54,653 nucleotides of DNA from NCBI RefSeq assembly GCF_006345805.1, contig NW_021833838.1, positions 1 through 54,653 of the forward strand. Reading direction: 5' to 3'. The notes under the pieces are model-generated. The model searched no databases, was not told the origin of the DNA, and saw only the letters and a program-made list of their open reading frames with translations. Source of the stretch: Octopus sinensis. Its lineage: Eukaryota. Positions 37,280 to 50,019 of the stretch are shown one piece after another (within the stretch, counting starts at the first letter, position 1; each line of letters starts with the position of its first letter). The position numbers and the translations under genes are program-made.

Positions 37280-37651
37280 TTCTTTTATTCTTTTATTCGT
37301 TTCAGTCATTTTGACTGCGACCATGCTGGAGCACCGCCTTTAGTCGAGCAAGTCGACCCCAGGACTTATTCTTTGTAAGCCTAGTACTTATTCTATCGGT
37401 CATTTTTGCCGAACCGCTACGTTACGGGGACGTAAACACACAAACATCGATGTCAAGCGATGTTGGGACACATACACACACACACATATGACGGGCTTCT
37501 TTCAGTTTCCGTCTACTAAATCCACTCACAAGGCTTTGCTCGGCCCGATGCTATAGTAGAAGACACTTGCCCAAGGTGCCATGTAGTGGGACTGAACCTG
37601 GAACCATGTGGCTGGTTAGCAAGCTACCTACCACAGAGCCATTCCTGCGCC
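37280..37651 (-). mobile_element. Family A SINE, full length
   Basis: Complete head (ggcgcaggaatggctctgtggtagg) to tail in reverse complement. Confidence 0.93.
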
Positions 37652-37656
37652 TATGC

Positions 37657-37687
<31 letters not shown>

Positions 37688-37766
37688 ATATATCTACACA
37701 TATCTATATACAAACACATATACATACATACATACACACACCCCCACACACACACACACACATATA

Positions 37767-37817
<51 letters not shown>

Positions 37818-38389
37818 CACATACACACGCGCACTGATGGTGGTGTACAAGCATATCGTAAAAACAGAGGGCCTAATGGCCACGTTTCTGCTTTTTATCT
37901 GTGGTGCCGGTAGCTTGTCTAGAAAAGTGTTCACTTCGTAGAAAAGCTTGGTGCGTCGAACCAATATAATTTTTGATCTGTAACCCAATGTTATTATGTT
38001 CTTTCCTTAGCGAATTTTGCATATGTCTTGAGAATGGACACCTGATGAAGAATTGGTACCTGCAAGCCACACATACGCACACACACATGAACACACACAA
38101 ACATAAATACATACATACGTGTATATGAGTGTGTGTGGGTGCGCGCGTGTCATTTTCACAATATCACTTCTAATGGACAAAATTACCGAACAAGGATGTC
38201 ATGAATGTATCTATATAAATTTTATTTAACTAAAGTATCTTTCTTCCATGACCCTCCATTAAGAAAGCATTGCAATGAATATTCTTAATAAAAATCCCAA
38301 ATTTGACCTCACATCTTGTAACTTCACCGATTCTATTGCAAAGTTTTACATGGCCAGGAAATAATTCTTTGACAATATATATATATATC

Positions 38390-38746
38390 GGCGCAGGAGT
38401 GGCTGTGTGGTAAGTAGCTTGCTAACCAACCACACGGTTGCGGGTTCAGTCCCACTGCGTGGCATCTTGGGCAAGTGTCTTCTGCTATAGCCCCGGGCCG
38501 ACCAATGCCTTGTGAGTGGATTTGGTAGACGGAAACTGAAAAAAGAAGCCTGTCGTATATATGTATATATATATGTATGCGTGTGTTTGTCCCCCTAGCA
38601 TTGCTTGACAACCGATGCTGGTGTGTTTACGTCCCCGTCACTTAGCGGTTCGGCAAAAGGAGACCGATAGAATAAGTACTAAAAGGTGGTGCTCCAGCAT
38701 GGCCGCAGTCAAAATGACTGAAACAAGTAAAAGAGAGTAAAAGAGT
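38390..38746 (+). mobile_element. Family A SINE, nearly full length
   Basis: A box tggctgtgtgg, B box gggttcagtccc, tail aaacaagtaaaagagagtaaaagag. Confidence 0.95.
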
Positions 38747-39476
38747 ATATATTCCAGGGTGTATCTTCAGCCATTAATTCTACATTTTTTTCCCCTATAA
38801 ATGTCTTTATTTGCGAAGCCAAGACTTATTGTAACAAAAGAAGTCAATTTTATTGATGCTCTCTGAACAAATAAACTTTTAAGTAAATATTCACCGGTCT
38901 TAACAATTTTTATAAATCAATGTCAGTGAAACTATGTTTATTTGTATCTTTTGTGTGACTCATACAAGTATGTATAGACGCAGGCGCGACTGTGTGGTAC
39001 GAAGCTTGTTTTCCAGCCACATGGTTGCGGTTTCAGTCCTACTTCGTGGCGTCTACTCTATTAAAAGGATGTGACTCTTTCAGAATAATGTGATCAGTTT
39101 TCGATATTGATAACTTTATCCAACATAGAAGCTAACAATTCCATAAACAGAGAATGGTTTTTCCAAATTTAATTTTTTAATTTTCAGAATTTCTGACCTT
39201 GACATTATTACCGAAATTTTCAACAACATTGCTAATTCAATCGCAATGATTTCTGCATGTGCAATCTTCCTTTCCTTCATACGTTACACGACCCTCAATT
39301 GGCACCACTTCACAAACATCATTGGGCAAACTTGGACAGACAGAACTAGCTGAAAAAGTACGGCCTGTAATATTACCACACATGCTCAGTAAACGCTCAA
39401 TATTGCTAATCCGTTCTAAAAGATTACCTTTATATAATCCAGTATCAAATGTTTTCAGTTGCATCTTTAATATGTC

Positions 39477-39697
39477 TACGAAGGGTTGCTGAAAAGTTCC
39501 TGGTTTTTAAGGGTCTTGTGAAAAGCCTGGTTGAAGGCCCGACCTTCCCAGTTCTTTTAAAAAGCTTAGAAAACTGAAGGACCGCTGTAACAAATATGTG
39601 AATCTGAGAGGGGAATATGTTGTATAAAATCATAATTAACTGATCCTCCTGTAGTTTCTTTTACCCAAAGCCAGGAATTTTTCGGCAATACCTCGTA
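39477..39697 (+). mobile_element. Mariner-derived MITE (about 220 bp)
   Basis: TA-flanked imperfect TIRs cgaagggttgctgaaaagttcctggttt / aaagccaggaatttttcggcaatacctcg; internal LKDRCNKYVNLRGEYV resembles the mariner extreme C-terminus. Confidence 0.8.
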
Positions 39698-39793
39698 AGG
39701 TATAACCCCACACTAACTCATATTTCGGTACCGTCGTAACTTACCCTGTTAATATTACTCGGTCATCGATATGTTTACACAATAAATAAATAA

Positions 39794-40104
39794 GCATGGC
39801 TCAGTGGTTAGAGCGTCGAGCTTACGACCGTGAGGTTGTGAGTTCGAATCCTGGGCCGGGCTATATGTTGTATTCTTGAGCTAGACACTTTATTTCTCGT
39901 TGCTCCAGTTCACCCAGCTGTAGAAATGAGTTGCGACGTCACAGGTGCCAAGCTGTATCGCCTTTTGCCTTTCCCTTGGATAACATCAATGGCATGGAGT
40001 GGGGAGGCCGGTACGTATGGTCGACTGCTGGTCTTCCGTAAACAAATTTGCCCGGACTGTGCCTGGTGAAATCCCATTGTCAGTCATAACCGAAGCGGGG
40101 TCTC
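39794..40104 (+). mobile_element. Family C SINE
   Basis: A box tggctcagtgg, B box gagttcgaatcc; homologous to 11058 and 30544. Confidence 0.9.
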
Positions 40105-40962
40105 AGCAAATAAGGTATTTCTCTTTTATTCTTTATCTGCAAATGAATTCCGTACTGGGGTCCGGAACACATGTGGGAAATAAAATTTCACCGGCTGGTC
40201 GCCTGGGTTATCGCTATCACATAAGTATAACCTCATTACCATGAGTTCTGGTTTACACAGCCACAGCCAGATTAAAGAATCTGGCTTTAACTATGTGGAT
40301 TATTTTACAGAGCCAGGCAAAATATACTTTTTTGTTTTAAAACACGATATCTATTTTATACAACGAGGCTAAATGTATGTTTATTCAAAAGATCCATAAC
40401 ATCTTATTTCCGGTTTATTCACACCCTCACTGTTTTAGATGATTGATGCGACCACCAACAAATTGACTTAACATACAGATGAGTAGAATCAATGTCTGCA
40501 ACCTTTCGAATTATTCCTAATTGTAAGTTACGTAATCTCTGTCTACCTGTCTGTCTGTCTGTCACTCTCTTTCCCCCGCTCCCCACTCTTTTTTGTCTCT
40601 TAGTCTAAAACGGATGAAATCGACGCTCCTGTTAATCATAAATAGCCAGGCAAAACATGTATGCGTGTGTGTGCATATACATACACACACACGAGTAGAT
40701 GAAACAAGGCGACTGAAGAAGGGGAATTTTCCTTGTTTTGTATGTCCTGTACTCTATTTTTTCGTTGTTTAAGAAAAATGTCCATTTCCTTGGTTTTGTG
40801 TTTATGTTTTCGTTTCTCATTGTGTTCGACGTTTTTTTGGTGTCCTGTACCCATATATGCATTTATATATACATGTAGAGGTAGGTACGTACATATATGT
40901 ATGTATATATGCATATGTTTTATTTATTTATTAATTTATTATATATATATATAGAGAGAGAG

Positions 40963-41056
<94 letters not shown>

Positions 41057-41164
41057 ATCTATCAATATATATATATATATATATAAGGATAAGATCGTTA
41101 TTTAAATACCAATCTTATCAGGTGTCCAGCATCGGAATAAAAACCTTCAAAGGTAATAATTATC

Positions 41165-41304
41165 TAAAATTATAATTTAGGGTATCTAAGAGATACCACC
41201 AATGTTCTGGTGCTGTATGAACATTTAATGTAGTTTTAGAGTTATGTATTGACTGCTATTTCCAGCGTGGTGGTATCTCTTAGATACCCTAAATTATAAT
41301 TTTA
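41165..41304. repeat. Perfect 37-bp inverted repeat with 66-bp spacer (MITE-like hairpin)
   Basis: 41165-41201 taaaattataatttagggtatctaagagataccacca is the exact reverse complement of 41268-41304. Confidence 0.93.
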
Positions 41305-41337
41305 TATATATATATATATATACATGTCTGTATATAC

Positions 41338-41381
<44 letters not shown>

Positions 41382-41595
41382 GATTGGTTTTATATGTTTA
41401 TTGATTTATTAGAGTCTTGGAGGTGTTTCGGATATACTTTTAGGTCGGTTCATGGTTCATTCTTATCAATCGATTGATTGACTGATCGACCGAAAATAAA
41501 GGGAACCGCCACCCATAGATATCTTCTTCAGAGCCGCAGCGAACCAACTTCCAAAGAAAAGGAAAGGATATGTATGTGTTTGTGTGTGTGTGTGT

Positions 41596-41643
<48 letters not shown>

Positions 41644-41720
41644 TACGTACTTATATATAAGTATACATTCATGCATACATAACATACAGATATACGTATG
41701 TGTATGTGTGTGTGTGTGTA

Positions 41721-41761
<41 letters not shown>

Positions 41762-41904
41762 TTTTTCTATGGACGTATATTTTGGTGTTATATCGAAATA
41801 CTTTTCATGCAAAGCAACCGACAGTGATTGCATAAAACTGAAAATAATCAGATTTAGAACAACGACCACAAAAACCGCATACATACATACATATTATATA
41901 TATA

Positions 41905-41953
<49 letters not shown>

Positions 41954-42169
41954 GTGTGTGTGTGTGTGGTGTGTGTGTGTGTTGTGTGTGTGTGTGTGTG
42001 TATATATATATACATATATATATACATATATATGCATATATATATATATATGTATACACACATAAATATTAGACACACACATATATATATACATATAACA
42101 TATATGTATACATACGTATACATAGGTATAGAACAACAACAGAATATATATTTAAATATGCATATGCAT

Positions 42170-42224
<55 letters not shown>

Positions 42225-43186
42225 GTGTGTGTGCGTGTGTGTGTGAGTTTATATATGTATGTATATATATATACATACATTGATGCATAGATATTTTAGA
42301 AAATACGAAGACATACTTGGAAATATTATCACGTATTGAAATATGCGCGCGTGTGTGCGTGCGTACATACATATATACATGCATACGTAGGTACGTACGT
42401 ACACATACTAGTCTTCCTTCAGACACAAATTGTGTTTGTTGAAGTCAGGTATAGATGGAATTCTACGACCACCTGATATCTTCGTCAACGGAAGTACAAA
42501 GAGAATTGTTAATGTGTTTTGTCGATAATACAAACGCCGCACAGAAAGTCCTAATGTACGGAAGGAACCGAAACATCACGGACACAAATGCTTTCAATAT
42601 GCAAATAACCTTGCTAGAATACTAGAATTTTGTAGCTGAATATTGAAAATAAAATTTGAAACTTACTTACGGTTATGAAATGTTATAATAAATATGTGAA
42701 TGAATATTATATTTCGCGGTATCTTCGAAAACACTTTTTTATTGTGGAATATGTTAGCTCGGTGGATCATTAAAAGTGAGAATAATCAGATTTATAGAGA
42801 GAATTATATAAGCTGCTCGCATGGTTGTGTGGTTAATATGTTTGCTTATCAATCATGAGGTACGGGATTCGATGCCATTGCACAAAGTTTTAAATCCTTC
42901 TTTTATAGACTCGTATTAATTTGGAATTTAATACGTGGAATTTAATTTTGAATTTAAGACAGACGTTGTGCGGAAGCCTGTCGTTATATTTGGTTCGTCC
43001 AACTGAGGCAGAAAGCAGAAATATGCTATAACATTGCCCGATTTTACTCGTTTGAATATTAGTCCCTTCGTTGGTAGAGTGTATTAATTCCCCAAATCAC
43101 TGAGACAAGATATTTGTAAATAATTTGTAAGTAATTAGATTATCGGGAAGTGCTGAGTCTTTCTACAGAGAGAACCCTTCGATATA

Positions 43187-43415
43187 TATTTCTTTATTGC
43201 CCACAAGGGGCTAAATATAGAGGGTCAAACAAGGACAGACAAACGGATTAAGTCGATTATATCGACTCCGGTGCATAACTGGTACTTAATTTATCGACCC
43301 CGAAAGGATAAAAGGCAAAGTCGATCTCGGCGGAATTTGAACTCAGAACGTAACGGCAGACGAAATACCGCTAAGCATTTCGCCCGGCGTGCTACCGCTT
43401 CTGCCAGCTCGAGAA
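43187..43415 (-). mobile_element. Family B SINE with 14-bp TSD
   Basis: TSD aacccttcgatata at 43173-86 and 43416-29. Confidence 0.93.
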
Positions 43416-43824
43416 AACCCTTCGATATAACAACACTATTTCTTCGGTGAAGTTAAATGCATTGAAATTATATTCTTAAAATTCTATAATAACCGAATCC
43501 CTAATCTTCAGGCAGGTTTACCCTGTACTGACGAAGTGTAACGAACCAAACCTTATATACGGACCTGTTCATTGCCTGGAGCAAAAGTCAGTTCGAAAAA
43601 TATCTTTTAATCTTTTCCTTGTTTCAGTCATTAGGCTGAGGGCATAATGTGGCATCATCTTGAAGGGTTTTAATCGAATAAATCCACCCCAGGACATTTT
43701 TAGAGCCTGGAATTTATTCTATGTCTCTTTTGCCGAACCACTCAGTTACGGGGATATAAACACACCAACACCAGTTGTCAAGAGATGATGAGTGACAAAC
43801 ACAGTCACAAAGACACATAACATA

Positions 43825-45052
43825 TAGGATCTTTTCTATTCTGAAGCCAGTTTTTTCAAATTTTTCCTACTGAACCAAACAATTTGAAACTTCGTATACT
43901 GGTAGAATGTGTCAAAAGTAAACTTAATTGTAAACCAGAATGAAAACGGAATTGTAACTTCTAAGTTTAACGTTGTTTAATAATTAGAATTTTAACCAAT
44001 GATATTCCGTCATTCGGCTTTATTTTATTTACTCCGTCTCGACCACCAATTTCGTGACGTATTAAACATCTTAAATGTAAACAAGCGCATCCTTCTAATT
44101 ATTTAACGTACTCATGTTTCCAGGATCCTATAGTCAGCCACCTTCTAATAACAATATTTAAAACTAGTTAATAAGCCACATGTATTAAATTGAAAATGTT
44201 TCCATTCTGTATGTCTGCATGTATGTGTGTGTGTATGTATGTGTAAGTATGTGTGTGTGTGTGTGTGTGTATCTATGTGTGTGTGTGTATGTATGTATGG
44301 CCGATTCATCGTAATTACGATGAATCGGCCATACATACATAGATACATACACACACACACATACATGCAGACATACATATACACATACACCGAGTAAAAA
44401 ATTTCAGTTATCTCTCTCTTTCACACATTACTCTCTCTGTCTCTTCACACACACTAACAGAAGCACTTCACTTACACAACATACTGTCTCCCACACCCCA
44501 TCAAACACACACACACACACACATGTACATCAATGCTTCCCCTAGACGGTAACTTCAAAGACAAACTTCCCTCGTCATAAAATCGCTTCCTCTAGTCTCT
44601 TTCGCTCTCATTACTTATGTAAAAAAATAAAAGTTTTTTACGGAAATCGACGGAAAACTTGTGCTACGACAAGCGAAACTTCGCCGAAATGTAATATTAA
44701 AAAAGCAAAGAGCTGGCAGAAACGTTAGCACGCCGGGCGAAATGCGTAGCCGTATTTCGTCTGCCGTTACGTTCTGTGTTTGTTTACAGTTTTCCGAACG
44801 TTAGTACGTCACAAAAGCGCTTTCTACGTCACACTAATAGAATGCAGTCAAGTTTTACACATGAAAACAAACAATCTGATTGGTTAAAATTCGCAGTTTT
44901 AATCTACGATTAAAGTCATAAAATAGATTTTTCTCAAATAAACTAGTTCCAACCTGTGTCTTGTTTTGCTAGACTCTATCAGCATACGAAGTTTCAGAAT
45001 ATTTAGTTAAGTAGAAAGATCTGTGGTCCTGGCTTCAGAATTGAAAAGATCC

Positions 45053-45054
<2 letters not shown>
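43825..45054. mobile_element. Unclassified fold-back element with long imperfect TIRs
   Basis: Left taggatcttttctattctgaagccag...gaaacttcgtatactggtaga...gaattttaaccaat; right end is its diverged reverse complement; TA at both ends. Confidence 0.72.
44288..44341. repeat. Perfect 54-bp palindrome with no spacer
   Basis: tatgtatgtatggccgattcatcgtaa|ttacgatgaatcggccatacatacata, centre 44314/44315. Confidence 0.95.
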
Positions 45055-45105
<51 letters not shown>

Positions 45106-45783
45106 ACGACGGGATTCTTTCAGTTTCCGCTTGCCAAATTCACTCACAGGGTTCTGGTCGATCCGCGGTTATAGAAGAAGACACTTGCCCAAGGTGCCAC
45201 GCAGTGGAACTGAACCCGGAACCATGTGGTCGGGAAGCAAACTTCTTACCACACAACCACGCCTGAAATCATCATCCATTTTCTTCGAGAGTTTCTAACA
45301 ATTACCTTAATAGTTTTTTTGGTTTCTGCTTCTAAAAGAAAAAAAATTACCAAAGCTTCTGTCTGCGACTCAGGCGTATTCATAGAATATTGACCAAAAT
45401 GGTGCTGAGCAACATCACGTGTCATCCTTTCAAGAACGATAAAATAAAATACCAACCCAAAGCACTGGATTGGTGTAATTGATGAAGGGTGGGACTAAAT
45501 ATCTTGTGGTAATGGGTCCAGCTTCTTTTATTTTAAATTGTTTGGTGGAATAATTTATCCTTCGCTTAGTTTAACACCATCATCATTGGGTGCCTTTTCT
45601 CTTCCATGTATTTGGGATAGGTCTCCTATTTGAGAAAACCTTCCACCCTTCATTCCACCGACATTGCAGCCCCAAGAAATATTAAGGGCGTGCAATGCTG
45701 CCTCTTACCTCTCTCATTAAATAGTAAAACGAGAAAAGACAGAAATTTCAAAAATTTAAGAGTTCATTGAGTGTACCATAGAG

Positions 45784-46087
45784 CAGTGCTTCTCAAAATA
45801 TCTGATGTGGCGTACTGGCGGTTTTTTTCTCCAATGTGCCAGGAACCGGTAATATTTCTTAGTAATATTAATTTATACCGGAAACAATATATATAATGAA
45901 TATAATAAAAGTTAGACAACTTTTTTTTCATTTCATATTTCTTTTGTAAACAAATAATACAATATTATATAAGCATTTTATAAGCATTTTGTACTGTTTC
46001 TTTCTTTTCTGGAAACTCACCGCGTACCGGCACCTGATGTCTCGCGAATCGGTACTGGTACATGGACCACTAATTTGAGTAGCACTG
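45784..46087. mobile_element. hAT (Charlie-like) MITE
   Basis: TIRs cagtgcttctcaaa / tttgagtagcactg; 8-bp TSD ccatagag / gcatagag (7/8). Confidence 0.8.
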
Positions 46088-46127
46088 GCATAGAGTACAC
46101 CATAGTTTAACAGACATTCTCTCGTTC

Positions 46128-46179
<52 letters not shown>

Positions 46180-46244
46180 ACACACATTATGAAATATATT
46201 TTAAATTCCTTAACTCATTATTATTATTGTTCTTGTTGCTGTTA

Positions 46245-46305
<61 letters not shown>

Positions 46306-47574
46306 TATTATTATCATCATCATTATTATTATTATTATTGTTATTATCTTTATACATATATCATAAAGAAAATGTAGGGGTGAGGCGGGCTATTACAATG
46401 ACATTTCGGGCTCCACCCTGATAAAAACCCTTTTTCTCTTCTTTCAGATATATAGACACCACCCCACACACACATACCTACACACACACACACACACACA
46501 ACACACACACTGTTTATCTCTCTGCTCGTTCAATTCTTTTTCTCTTTTATTTTACATACACATTACCGAATCCATGCTTCTTTTAGATGGTGATAATAAC
46601 TAAGAACATATTTCTTGTCGTTCTGGAAACTTCCACTCATTTACCCACTTCATATCTTACGTATGTATGTACGTACGTATGTATGTACGTACGTATGTAT
46701 GTATGTATGTATGTATTTTCATAATTCGCTTAAACTCTTTATACTAATAAGCTGGTATGCTTATGATATACGTACATATGTATGAATGTATGTGTGTAGT
46801 GTGTATGTATGTGTGTATGTATATATGCATGTATGCATTCATATGTATGTATGTATATGTATGTAATTATTATGTATGTGTGTATGTACGTATGTTTGTA
46901 CGTATAGGGTGTGTTTGTATCTCTAATGAATGCGTATGTTTGTTGCTATTGTTGTTGCAGTTGTTTTTCTCCGATGTCACTACTGTATATTAAAACAAAA
47001 CAATCCATCAGTAAGACGAGAACCTGGGGAAAAATCTACTGTTGTTGTTGTTGTGGTTGTTGCTGTTGTTGTGGTTGTTGTTTGTTTGTTTGTTTGTTTT
47101 GCTGCTACTGTTGCTGCAGTTTATCTTCTGCCCATTCATGATTGAACAGGATTATAATCAAAGGAGATCCAGTCGTGTTCATCTCATTTTCTTTATCTTC
47201 AGACAGGATGTCGCTGTTCACTAATTTATCAGATATGACTAGAGGGTGACTTTGCTGCTATATCTAGCATGTCGACAGCTGACCGCAAGGGAGAACCTCT
47301 CGCTGAATCCAAGTCTTTGCTCAGTAAAACAGAAGTTGGTTAAAAAGTCGTTTACTGTTTCGTCTAACAATTCAACACCTCGACCAATTTCTGTTTTATT
47401 TGCGTGAGTCACCACATTTGAGAGGATACAATTCCAGACATATGAAACGGGTCACGCGTATGCAAAAAATATGCGCGCACACACACGCACACACGCACAC
47501 AAACACAGGCACATGTATAATATATACGTGCGTGTGTATGTACATAAACTTGTATGTATATATTTATATATGTA

Positions 47575-48776
47575 CAGGGTCTTTGGGAATATTAATGATA
47601 TTTTATTTCTCCTCTATTTCAGGAATAGCTTGATGTGTTGGATAAAAAGTCAACGGCGCTGGAGAGCATGAAAATTAAAGTTGTAGTTGAAAAAAAGTTA
47701 AGTGACATGGAGAACTAGAAGCCATCGGAATATTCTTCTTTTTTTTCCTTCTCGAGCCATGCCTGGCTCATAAGGGCCGGTTTCCCGGTTACCTTGGCGT
47801 ATAGGTTCCCCACCTGCGACGGACCGGCGTCCGTCACAGGTGAGCTGCAAGATGCAGGAGAAAATAGTGAGAGAAAGTTGTGGTGAAAAAGTCAGCAGAA
47901 GTTCGCCATTACCTTCTGCCGGAGCCGCGTGGAGCTTAGGTGTTTCGCTCATAAACACACACATCGTCCGGTCTGAGATTCGAACCCACGATCCCTCGAC
48001 CGCGAGTCCGCTGCTCTAACCACTAGGCCATGTGCCTCCAACATCGGAATATTGGAAAATAGTTACCTGTATCAGGATGATTCGTGCCGGGCATCAAAAT
48101 ACCGATATTATGACTAATGCTTAATGCTTTGTGAACGCTGTAAACGCTCTAAGATGTGACACGAACAGTTGCGACTGTGACTACGAAGCCGTGGCCAACA
48201 GGAAGGAACACAGCAGGCGCCCTGACTGTGTCTCCGCACGCCGGAATTCATCTAGTATATTTGAACAGAGCCTTAGGCTCAATCAAGATGGTTATCCGAA
48301 GCTACTGAAGACAGTGGCCAAACCTGCCTGGAGAGAGCTGTAGCTAGAAGGCCATATTTATGGCAGAAAGATCCGACTCCTTGACTTACCTCCAGAAATA
48401 GAAGTGGTTATAGGAAAATTTCTACTACATTATCAGCCCATGTTTCTCGTTTCCTAATTCCGCCGATTGTAATCCCATAGATTACTATGTGCGGGGCACG
48501 TTTGAGAAAGACATCATCCTCTCCGCCGGCAACAGCAAGATTTAACTGGTATGCTACGTCAAGGGACGTGTTTGCTCGAAGATCTTACAAGGGGCACAGT
48601 AAGAAACGCATGCACCAGGTCCTGGAGCCGCTTTGCAGCCGTAGGGGGTTGTTGAGGGGGGTTACTTTGAGTAAAACGTTATCTCCCAGCCATAAACTTT
48701 GATATTCACATTTTTTGATGGGTTAGTTTTCTTTTCCTTTTATGCAAACTGTCAAATTTATCCCAAACACCGTGCA
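47575..48776 (+). mobile_element. maT/DD37D-type Tc1-mariner relic interrupted by a SINE
   Basis: Left end ta|cagggtctttggga, right end ctgtcaaatttatcccaaacaccgtgca; removing the SINE restores MEN*KPSEYWK...IRAG...RKEHSRRPD / IFEQSLRLNQDGYPKLLKTVAKP / RPYLWQKD / PNSADCNPIDYYVRG / EGGYFE* (stop 48672-74). Confidence 0.85.
47735..48041 (-). mobile_element. Family D SINE (second subfamily) with 12-bp TSD
   Basis: Head ggaggcacatggcctagtggttagagcagcggactcgcgg...gggttcgaatc; TSD catcggaatatt at 47723-34 and 48042-53. Confidence 0.93.
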
Positions 48777-49324
48777 TGTATATGAACGTATCTTTGTATG
48801 CAAAAATTAGAAATTGGACATAAAAAATCAATATTCAAAGTAGTCTAACATATATAATGAAATGGGTTATTTCCCTTGAGTGTTTAAAAAAATATTGTGT
48901 AGGTGCTATGGGTTATTTCCCATTAGTTATATGAGGTAGATATGAAGGTCCCTTCCAGGGGCCGTATTATCGATTATTTCAACAATCTAAGTAAGTCACG
49001 AGGTTTCCAGACATGAGTTCTACTCACGTGTCAAGTTTCACCAAAATCAATAAAACGATGTAGGAAGAGTTAGCTAACAACGCCACAAACAAATACACAC
49101 CGATTTTCCACATATGTAGTAGATAATAAAAAAAAACTCGAAATTTGGCTGATGACTTAAGTATTGGCCTCATCGAAGAATTGGCTGAGTAGTTCCTGTT
49201 TCCAGTTCTGTTCGTATTGTGCCTACAATCATTGAAACGAGAAAGTATACAGTGGATACTGTACGTACCAATTTCACAATTTTCAAGTCTTTGAATGTTC
49301 AGTATATTTCAGTATATTCCAGAA

Positions 49325-49515
49325 TTTGAAATTTTTGGCGCAAGGCCAGCAAATTTATGGGAAAGGACTGAGTCGATTAAATCGACCCCCAGTATTTAAC
49401 TGGTACTTATTTTATCGACAGCGGAAGGATGAAAGGCACAACCGGCTTCGGCGAATTTTGAACTCAGAACGTAAAGACAGACGAAAAGCCGCTCAGCATT
49501 TCTGCCCTCGTGCTA
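49325..49515 (-). mobile_element. Family B SINE (diverged)
   Basis: Reverse complement of the family B body and tail. Confidence 0.8.
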
Positions 49516-50019
49516 TACTTATTGCTGCATGTGAACTACATATTCTTTCATTGCTTATTTATGTCAATGATTTGCTATTCTTCAATTTAAAAATGCAATC
49601 ATTATTTCTTTTGCAAATTTATATCTACATCGTTTGAATATCCATCGATTTGCTGTTCTCCATATACACTATTTTACAGCTTAATTTCAAATATATTCAT
49701 CTCTATAAGCTAGATATTAAAAAAAGATCAGATTCAATTTAAATGTTTATATTTAAAAGGAAGGTAAATATATTTAAAAAGGAAAGTACTCAAAGAACGG
49801 AAGTGTTTAATGATGAAAGTATTTAGTGATTAATTTGATATTCTAATATTCTATATTGCCTACAGTTTTTGAAGTGTAGCCGATATTTTATTGCAGAATT
49901 TGGAAATTTTATATATACAATCGGTGCTTACAATTTCAGCAGCTCAGATAACGAATTATCAAAGTTTAGCCAACTCGCCACTGATTAGGAGTAGTCGAGG
50001 ATCCTTATGATTAAAGCTA

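Larger units (their letters stand above)
43610..45265 (-). mobile_element. Family A SINE split in two (3' half about 43610-43820, 5' half about 45055-45265)
   Basis: Both halves match family A and flank the fold-back insertion. Confidence 0.8.

Noticed and set aside
38040-38065. CCTGATGAAG as a hammerhead start (also CTGACGAAG at 43530)
   Set aside because: No stem II followed by GAAA.
42455-42625. ILRPPDIFVNGS (Cys-loop receptor W.PDI-like) and a 56-aa frame resembling a LINE C-terminus
   Set aside because: Lacks the conserved Trp and a plausible exon structure; the LINE resemblance is too weak to call.
47192-47260. Strong splice acceptor tctcattttctttatcttcag
   Set aside because: All three downstream frames stop within about 16 codons and the sequence runs into a motif repeated elsewhere in the window (ctgctat.tctagc).
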